Positions 25,567 through 32,000 of a DNA stretch of 32,000 nt are shown here, piece by piece. Location of the stretch: contig JBHLKY010000001.1 in assembly GCA_048886185.1 (NCBI GenBank), positions 30,001 to 62,000 on the forward strand, read 5' to 3'. Made by a program: the position numbers and the translations under genes. Source of the DNA: Candidatus Hermodarchaeota archaeon (GTDB taxonomy: Archaea > Asgardarchaeota > Heimdallarchaeia > Hodarchaeales > Hodarchaeaceae). The notes beneath the pieces are model-generated. The model made no database searches. It saw only the letters and a program-made list of their open reading frames with translations, and was not told where the DNA came from. The first letter of the stretch is position 1. Every line of letters begins with the position of its first letter.

Positions 25567-26877
25567 ATGGCTGATGAAAACGAAGTTTTTGATGTATTAG
25601 TTATTGGTGGAGGAATAGCAGGTATTGAAGCCGCTCTCACGCTAGGTGATACAGGTTATAAAGTGTTGTTGGTTGAAAGATCGCCGAGTGTAGGAGGGAA
25701 AATGGCATTACTTAGTAAAGTATTTCCAACACTGGATTGTGCGAGCTGCATTGCTACTCCGAAAATGGCTAGTGTCTTGTACCATCCTCATGTGACATTA
25801 TTAGCTTATTCCGAAGTTCAAGAAATTAGAAAAGATGGTGAGCTTGACTTCAAAGCGGATATCCTGTTAAAACCAAGATATGTCAATTGGCAAGATTGCA
25901 CGGGTTGCTCTCTATGTGAAATGGTGTGTCCTGTTATTGTAAGTGATGAATATCAATATCACATGAGAGGTAGAAAAGCAGCATATATTGCTTTTGACAT
26001 CGCTGTTCCAAAGAAATCAGTTATTGATATTGACAATTGCATATTATGTGGCGCTTGTGAGAGAGTATGCCCAACAGGTGCTATAAATTTCTTACAGAAA
26101 TCAGAAATTAAAAAAGTAAAAGTAAAATCGATAATATTGGCAACAGGGTACAATTTATTTGATCCATCTTTAAGACCAGAATTTGGTTATGGAAAGAGTA
26201 AAAATATTATAACAGCTATGCAGATGGATCGTCTATTAGCTCCTACGAGACCTTATAACAGTATTTTGAGACCCTCTGATGGAAAAGAACCCTCTAAGAT
26301 TGCTTACTTGTATTGTGTAGGTTCTCGAGACCAAACAGTGGGAAATTCACGATGTTCACAGATTTGTTGTATGTACTCAATTAAGCAATCTCAATTGATA
26401 TTAGGTGCCTTACCTTTAGCAGATGTTTTTTCCTTTTACATCGATATCCGAGCTCAAGGTAAAGGGTTCGAAGAATTTTATCAACAGGCAAAAGCCATGG
26501 GTTCATTTTTCATCAAGGGGAGAATTATCTACGTTGACGAAGCTGAAAACGGTGATATAATCGTAAAATATGAGGATATCGATGATGGTTGTAAAATTAA
26601 AGAAGAGACCTTTGATCTCTTAGTCTTATCTGTAGGAATTTGGCCATCTACTCCTGGTATCGAGAAAGTATTCACGAATAGAAAATTAGAAACTGATATC
26701 TTAGGCTGGATCAAGCAGATTGAATTTAATAATAATCCAGTACAAACAAATATCTCAGGAGTCTTCGCTGCTGGATGTGTAACTGGACCAAAAGATATAC
26801 CTGACACCATAGTTGAAGCAAACGCAGCAGTGTCTCAATGTTTGTATTACATTGAAACAAATAAGGAAAAGAATTAG
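25567..26877 (+). CDS. hdrA: HdrA-like FAD/Fe-S protein 1 (inserted ferredoxin; no N-terminal or C-terminal Fe-S domains)
   Basis: VIGGGIAG, TLDCASC, CTGCSLCEMVCP, CILCGACERVCP, YCVGSRD, CSQICCMYSIK, GVFAAGC. Confidence 0.9.
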   Translation: MADENEVFDVLVIGGGIAGIEAALTLGDTGYKVLLVERSPSVGGKMALLSKVFPTLDCASCIATPKMASVLYHPHVTLLAYSEVQEIRKDGELDFKADILLKPRYVNWQDCTGCSLCEMVCPVIVSDEYQYHMRGRKAAYIAFDIAVPKKSVIDIDNCILCGACERVCPTGAINFLQKSEIKKVKVKSIILATGYNLFDPSLRPEFGYGKSKNIITAMQMDRLLAPTRPYNSILRPSDGKEPSKIAYLYCVGSRDQTVGNSRCSQICCMYSIKQSQLILGALPLADVFSFYIDIRAQGKGFEEFYQQAKAMGSFFIKGRIIYVDEAENGDIIVKYEDIDDGCKIKEETFDLLVLSVGIWPSTPGIEKVFTNRKLETDILGWIKQIEFNNNPVQTNISGVFAAGCVTGPKDIPDTIVEANAAVSQCLYYIETNKEKN

Positions 26878-26891
26878 ATGTGACATCAGTA

Positions 26892-28637
26892 ATGATAAAA
26901 AATAAAAAAAATCGAATTGGTGTATATATATGCTGGTGTGGAGGTAATATTTCAGATATTGTTAATGTGAAAAAGGTTGTAGAAGCTGTAAGAAACAATC
27001 AGGGGGTGTGTGTGGCAAAAGATTTCATGTTTGTTTGTTCTGATGCTGGTCAACAAATGATAGTGGATGATGTGAAAAACCATGAACTAGATGGGGTTGT
27101 TGTTGCGTCATGTTCTCCTAAGTTACATGAAATAACGTTCATGAATGCTGTTACGAGAGCAGGGCTTAATCCATACGAATTTTATCATGTAAATATTAGA
27201 GAAAATGTCTCTTGGGCACATTCAGACGATCCTCAAGGTGCAACTGCCAAAGCAATAAGAGCTGTAAGGGCTGGTATTGAATATGTTAAACAAACAGAAC
27301 CATTATCAAAAATAGAAGTAACAACGGCTAAAAAAGTTTTGATCATTGGTGGTGGTATTGCTGGTATTAGGGCAGCTATTGACCTTGCAGGGATGGGTGT
27401 AGATGTAGTGTTGGTTGAAAAAGAAAACTTAGGAGGTCATGTAGCACATATCTACAAAACATATCCCAATGGCGAAAGAGGGAAAGAAGTTGTCAAAAAA
27501 CTAGTGAAACAGTTGAAAGAATTTATAGGAAAAATTCAAGTATTTACTAATTCAAAAGTATTAGAGGTATCAGGATTTATCGGTAATTTTAATATAAAAA
27601 TAAAGCCTCAAAACTTAGAACCTTTTGAAACAACAGTCGGTACTATTATCGTTGCGACTGGATTCAAGTCGTATGAACCTAAGGAGGGGGAATTTGGCTA
27701 TGGGGAATATGAAAATGTAGTCACTTTACCGAAGTTTTTGAATCTGATTCAAGAACAGGATAATTCAAAAGTTTTGATTTATAATGGAAATGAAATTCAT
27801 ACTATTGGTATCATTTATTGTGTGGGTTCGAGACAGACAAATCCAGGAGACGGTACGGTTGTTAATGAATACTGTTCTAGATACTGTTGTAATGCAATAG
27901 TATATGCTTCCTTAGAAATTCAGAAGAGATACAAAGATATCCATACTTATCACTTCTACAGGGATATTCGAACATATGGAAAAAATGAGACTTATTTTTC
28001 AGAGGTAAGACAAAATGGTGCTATATTTCTCAAGTATGATCCAGTAAACCCATTGGAGATTACTTCATCGAATGGAGTAATGATTGTTACAATTAAGGAT
28101 ATTCTCACTGCTGGGGAAATAATCACAGTCCCTGTGGATCTATTGGTCCTAGTTACAGGAATGGAAGCCAGTGAAAACAAGAAACTGGAAGAAATGATCA
28201 AGATAATGCCTGGCCTTGATAGATTCTATAAAGAATCACATCCTAAATTAAAACCAGTAGACTCTGGAAGATTGGGGATTTTTCTAGCTGGAACATGTCA
28301 AGCTCCAAGGGATATCTCTGAAACTCTTTTAGCGGCGTCAGCTACAGCAGCTAAAGCTGCAAGTATTGTGTTGAAGGGCGAATTGATGCTTGAGCCAGCT
28401 GTAGCAATTGTTGACCCAAGAATTTGCACTTTGAGTAAAAAATGTATTGCAGAGTGCCCTATTGATGCAATAGAAATACTAGAATATGAAAGAAATGGTA
28501 AAAAAGCTTGGGTTAACGAAGCTTTATGCTTAGGATGTGGGATTTGCACAGCAGTCTGCCCTACTGAAGCAATACAGATCAAAACTTTGAAAACAACTCA
28601 AATCAAGGAAATGATAAAGGGAATGTCTTTGCAATAG
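26892..28637 (+). CDS. hdrA: HdrA-like FAD/Fe-S protein 2 (N-terminal domain plus C-terminal ferredoxin)
   Basis: IGVYICWCGGNI, ASCSP..HE..F, IIGGGIAG, YCVGSRQ, CSRYCC, CTLSKKCIAECP, CLGCGICTAVCP; start may be GTG 26880 or ATG 26892. Confidence 0.9.
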   Translation: MIKNKKNRIGVYICWCGGNISDIVNVKKVVEAVRNNQGVCVAKDFMFVCSDAGQQMIVDDVKNHELDGVVVASCSPKLHEITFMNAVTRAGLNPYEFYHVNIRENVSWAHSDDPQGATAKAIRAVRAGIEYVKQTEPLSKIEVTTAKKVLIIGGGIAGIRAAIDLAGMGVDVVLVEKENLGGHVAHIYKTYPNGERGKEVVKKLVKQLKEFIGKIQVFTNSKVLEVSGFIGNFNIKIKPQNLEPFETTVGTIIVATGFKSYEPKEGEFGYGEYENVVTLPKFLNLIQEQDNSKVLIYNGNEIHTIGIIYCVGSRQTNPGDGTVVNEYCSRYCCNAIVYASLEIQKRYKDIHTYHFYRDIRTYGKNETYFSEVRQNGAIFLKYDPVNPLEITSSNGVMIVTIKDILTAGEIITVPVDLLVLVTGMEASENKKLEEMIKIMPGLDRFYKESHPKLKPVDSGRLGIFLAGTCQAPRDISETLLAASATAAKAASIVLKGELMLEPAVAIVDPRICTLSKKCIAECPIDAIEILEYERNGKKAWVNEALCLGCGICTAVCPTEAIQIKTLKTTQIKEMIKGMSLQ

Positions 28638-28658
28638 TAAAATTCAAAGGTAGTATAA

Positions 28659-28967
28659 ATGAGTCAAGAAAAGAAACAAATTATAAAGAAGAAATTAACT
28701 GTCAAGCTTTATAAAGAACAAACTAGTGTTCAAGTAAGTAGCGAACTGAGGGAGAGGTATCGATATCAAAATAGAACCAAAAAAATAGTATTTGATGCTC
28801 TGAAATCTGAACCTAAGACTGTAACAGAGATTACTAGAGAAACTGGAATTCCATCGCATCAAGTTCTTTGGTACCTCGCGACTGGCTTGAGATATAGAAA
28901 TATTGAGGCAGTTGAAAAAACTGATGGAGATTATTGGAAATATGCGTTAATCAAGCAGGAGAAATGA
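28659..28967 (+). CDS. Small winged-helix protein within the hdrA-qmoC-like operon
   Basis: ALKSEPKTVTEITRETGIPSHQVLWYL HTH; ATGA overlap with the next gene. Confidence 0.7.
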   Translation: MSQEKKQIIKKKLTVKLYKEQTSVQVSSELRERYRYQNRTKKIVFDALKSEPKTVTEITRETGIPSHQVLWYLATGLRYRNIEAVEKTDGDYWKYALIKQEK

Positions 28968-30154
28968 GATTGACTCAACACGTTGTTAATTACCAGGTGT
29001 TTACTCAGATAAAAGAGCTGGGAGCTTTTGATGTTACCGCTTGCATGAATTGTGGTTTGTGCACTGTTACATGTCCTCTTTCTGTTACTGGGAACGAATT
29101 TCCCAGGATATTGATAAGGTATGCTGTTTTAGGCTTGGAAGAAAAACTATTATCTCACCCAGAACCTTGGTTATGCTACTACTGTGGAGACTGTTCAACA
29201 ACTTGTCCAAGCCAAGCTCAACCTGGCGAATTTTTGATGGCAACACGTCGGTACCTTACTTCAAGGTATGACTGGACTGGTCTATCTAAGAAATTTTATT
29301 TGTCGAAAAAATGGGAATTTGGAGCTCTCATTGGACTAGCACTTTTAATTCTTGGTGTCTTCGTTGTCGCAACTCTAGCAGGTATAAGTGAAATGAAAAC
29401 TGATGGTGTTTCAATCGATTCTTTCGCTCCAATAGAGTGGATACACCTTGGAGATCTTGTGTTATTAGGCGTCTTATCAACTCTCCTCCTCTCAAATGCT
29501 TTTAGAATGTTTTATTATATTATGTTAAAAGATGATAATGTGAAAGTTCCATTTAAGCTCTATATAACAGAAATAGGGGCGTATTTAAAATTTACGTTTA
29601 GTGTTTTGACTCAATATCGATGGGCCATTTGTGATAGCAAATGGCGATGGATTAAACACCTGATTCTTGTATCAGGATATATTATAATGTTTACTTTGGT
29701 GATTGTTTTCCTTAAAAATCCCTTCGTAGGTTTAGATTGGTTCCCAGCAAAATTGTTACCCTTGATACCAGAGCTTCAGATAGATGATACCACATGGCAT
29801 TGGACATCAGTTCTGGGCTATTATGGAACAGCAGCACTCCTTTTCGTGACACTTGAGTCAATGTGGAGTCGTTATAAGAAAAGCGAGGAAATCCATAAGT
29901 TTTCACATTCATCAGATTGGCTATTCTTAGCCTTGTTGTTCCTTACTGCTGTAACAGGAATCCTACTTCATCTATTCAGGCTTATGAATTTAACCTATCC
30001 CAGTTATTTTATCTATGTGATCCATCTCATGATCGCTGGTCCCATGTTGATAGTGGAAGTTCCATTTGGGAAATGGTCTCATATGCTCTATAGACCTCTA
30101 GCAATTTATTGTGCAACAGTAAAGGAAAAAGCTAGGTTATTAGCTGGGTCTTAA
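28964..30154 (+). CDS. QmoC-like protein: HdrC-type 2x[4Fe-4S] domain plus NarI/HdrE-like heme-b membrane domain
   Basis: CMNCGLCTVTCP and CYYCGDCSTTCP; TM region with His in IKHLIL, LLHLFR, VIHLMI and FGKWSHMLYRP. Confidence 0.85.
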   Translation: MRLTQHVVNYQVFTQIKELGAFDVTACMNCGLCTVTCPLSVTGNEFPRILIRYAVLGLEEKLLSHPEPWLCYYCGDCSTTCPSQAQPGEFLMATRRYLTSRYDWTGLSKKFYLSKKWEFGALIGLALLILGVFVVATLAGISEMKTDGVSIDSFAPIEWIHLGDLVLLGVLSTLLLSNAFRMFYYIMLKDDNVKVPFKLYITEIGAYLKFTFSVLTQYRWAICDSKWRWIKHLILVSGYIIMFTLVIVFLKNPFVGLDWFPAKLLPLIPELQIDDTTWHWTSVLGYYGTAALLFVTLESMWSRYKKSEEIHKFSHSSDWLFLALLFLTAVTGILLHLFRLMNLTYPSYFIYVIHLMIAGPMLIVEVPFGKWSHMLYRPLAIYCATVKEKARLLAGS

Positions 30155-30400
30155 AGTAATTTCAAATTGAATTGATTGTTCTAAATAATGTCTAGGACAA
30201 GCTGATTCAGATGGATTCATGATAGCATCAAGAAGACATTCAATAATTGAACATTCTATTGAAAAAGTGGCGAAAATCATCAATGAACAAGTACAAATAA
30301 CTGGGTACTGCTTCTGAAATACAATATTAACTCAATAATAAAATATATACTTCATTAATTATAAAAAGAAATGAAATTATAATTAATTGGAGAACTGTTA

Positions 30401-31231
30401 ATGGAAAGTTTTAGCTGCAGCTTGAATCATCCAATTTATGATGTCTTATCAAACAAAACTCGATTAGAAATACTTCGGATTATTGCTTGTGAACATAACT
30501 ATGGGAGTCGAATTGCCTCCATTTTAAATGTATCAGCGCCAGCCATCCATAGACATCTGAAGTTCCTCTCACAAACTATGAAAGACCAAGATATGAAGAA
30601 CTTTACTTTCATAAATCCATCCTATAAAACAACTGAAAGTTTTTCAGGTTATAAAGGCGCAGAAGCGACGATCTACGAAATAGGTACAAAAATTTATCTT
30701 TCTTTTGCCCTATATCCCAACTTTACGCATTCACACATTTACCAATCATCAGTATCTGACGATCTACAAGAGTCAAACATCAATCCTGTACCTAATAACT
30801 CAACTCCACCTAAAAACAAACCTTTTACAAGTGATAAAGAGAATAAAGAAATGGAAAAAGAAGACATATCATATAGCAAGTCTCTTAATAAGTTTTCAGA
30901 ACTTTACAAACAAATCCAAGTTAAAAATCAGCATATTAGAGACTTAGAAGAGAAAATCATAGAAGAGTTTGAAGAAAAGAATAAGATAATGAAAGAAATT
31001 GATAAAGTCATTCTTGAACATAGTTCTTTAAATTTTGATGAACGAGTAAGTCTCCGTGCCTTAGCTTGTCAAGGTTCTCGTTGCCTTCCTAATCTTCCAG
31101 AATTGCTTAAAAAAGATGTAGAAATCGTTAAAAAAGTTTTAAGAAATATCAAAAGTAAAGGTTGGTTTGATTTAACAGGGGAGGAAATTGATTTCGAAAA
31201 TTTATCCGATATTCAATCTAAATCTTTTTAA
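30401..31231 (+). CDS. ArsR-family HTH regulator with a low-complexity linker and coiled coil
   Basis: LSNKTRLEIL...IASILNVSAPAIHRHL; GGAG RBS. Confidence 0.75.
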   Translation: MESFSCSLNHPIYDVLSNKTRLEILRIIACEHNYGSRIASILNVSAPAIHRHLKFLSQTMKDQDMKNFTFINPSYKTTESFSGYKGAEATIYEIGTKIYLSFALYPNFTHSHIYQSSVSDDLQESNINPVPNNSTPPKNKPFTSDKENKEMEKEDISYSKSLNKFSELYKQIQVKNQHIRDLEEKIIEEFEEKNKIMKEIDKVILEHSSLNFDERVSLRALACQGSRCLPNLPELLKKDVEIVKKVLRNIKSKGWFDLTGEEIDFENLSDIQSKSF

Positions 31232-31834
31232 GAAGGGTGTCATAATAATTTCAGATCAATCCAGAGTAAAATAAATTCATTCACTCTGCAAATTTCAAAG
31301 AAAAAGTATTTTTTTGGATTATAGCGCTGAAATAGAAACAGAAATTACCTTTTTAAATAATAAATCGAAGAGACTTAAGTGGAGCCGTGAGTATTGGTCT
31401 TTCATTGCCCCACTAACCTTAGAGACAAACCAGCTTAATCTGGAAGCGAAAATGACACCTTTTAGAAAGCCAATTCCTATGATGAGATAGATGTAAATTT
31501 GGTTGTGATGACAAATTTCTCTGCAGGAACGCCAGTGACTCTGACTAGAATTCAAAATCTTTCAATAGATACTAGGGCTGATATTAGGAAAGATATCCTA
31601 ACTGTGGCTGTTGGTTGTACGATGCTTGGATTCAAAGAACGTAACTTTACCATAGCAATGACTTAAGAAACTAAACCTCGAATTTCATATCAGAAAAAAT
31701 GAATCTTAAAGATTATAGACCTAATCAGAGATTTAAGATAGGCTTAAGCTATATTAGACAATAATTAAAATATCACTCCAAATTATCAGAGTTTGATACC
31801 TATGAAGTGAAATCTAAAGTGGTGGTTAGAAAGG

Positions 31835-32000
31835 ATGGATGAATTTAGAATTGAAGTTGATAGTTTAGGTAAAGTAAAAGTTCCAAGAGAGAGATATTGG
31901 GGGGCACAAACTCAACGTTGTCTTGAAAATTTTCCTTTTAGTTCCTTAGGGAAAATTCAGTTTTCCAGTGAATTCATTCGAGCTTTGGGCGTTATTAAAA
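31835..32000 (+). CDS. fumC: Class II fumarate hydratase (5' part only)
   Basis: Not in ORF track. Translates [34 protein letters not shown]...FIRALGVIK, the typical FumC N-terminus. Confidence 0.88.
   Translation, partial: MDEFRIEVDSLGKVKVPRERYWGAQTQRCLENFPFSSLGKIQFSSEFIRALGVIK

Noticed and set aside
25112-28637. Possible selenocysteine recoding in MvhD/HdrA, as occurs in some archaea
   Set aside because: The ORFs are full-length with Cys codons and no in-frame TGA truncates a domain
1485-29912. Numerous 60-135 aa ORFs antisense to or out of frame within well-supported genes (e.g. 7192-7593, 9417-9752, 15700-15918, 28298-28582)
   Set aside because: Shadow ORFs of genes with clear family motifs; no independent evidence
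31319-31555. 78-aa minus-strand ORF
   Set aside because: TTG start without an RBS and no recognisable motif
1-32000. CRISPR arrays, tRNA/rRNA genes, IS elements, tandem repeats
   Set aside because: No periodic repeats, cloverleaf-like GC-rich segments, transposase or integrase motifs seen on manual reading

Overview
AT-rich, gene-dense prokaryotic window with GGAG/GGTGA ribosome-binding sites, TTTATA boxes and T-tract terminators. It is probably from an Asgard archaeon (Heimdallarchaeia-like); this is inferred from a longin-like gene at the left edge and was not checked by search. Almost the whole 32 kb is redox biology. (1) 1.2-9 kb: an anaerobe-type O2/ROS defence set (1-Cys peroxiredoxin, flavodiiron protein, a 45-aa rubredoxin absent from the ORF track, glutaredoxin plus ferredoxin:thioredoxin reductase-like subunit, NAD(P)H:rubredoxin oxidoreductase-like protein, superoxide reductase, ferritin, ferritin-like protein, rubrerythrin). 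(2) 9-11 kb: a persulfide dioxygenase-rhodanese fusion and a CCG-domain Fe-S protein. (3) 11-13.4 kb: a methyltransferase/UbiA-prenyltransferase pair and a rubredoxin-DUF2231-like fusion. (4) 14.9-22.3 kb: cytochrome bd (cydAB) followed by an A2-type CuA heme-copper oxidase operon. (5) 24.3-30.2 kb: DsrE, TusA, a variant MvhD, two complementary HdrA proteins, a wHTH protein and a QmoC-like subunit. The window ends with an ArsR-like regulator and the start of fumC. The best novelty candidate is the oxidase operon: it contains no cytochrome c, begins with a membrane-anchored Met/His DOMON (putative heme b) protein, and has subunit III fused to an extra DUF2231-like membrane domain, suggesting a cytochrome-c-independent electron input. 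Family calls come from motif recognition only. No RNA genes, CRISPR arrays or mobile elements were seen.
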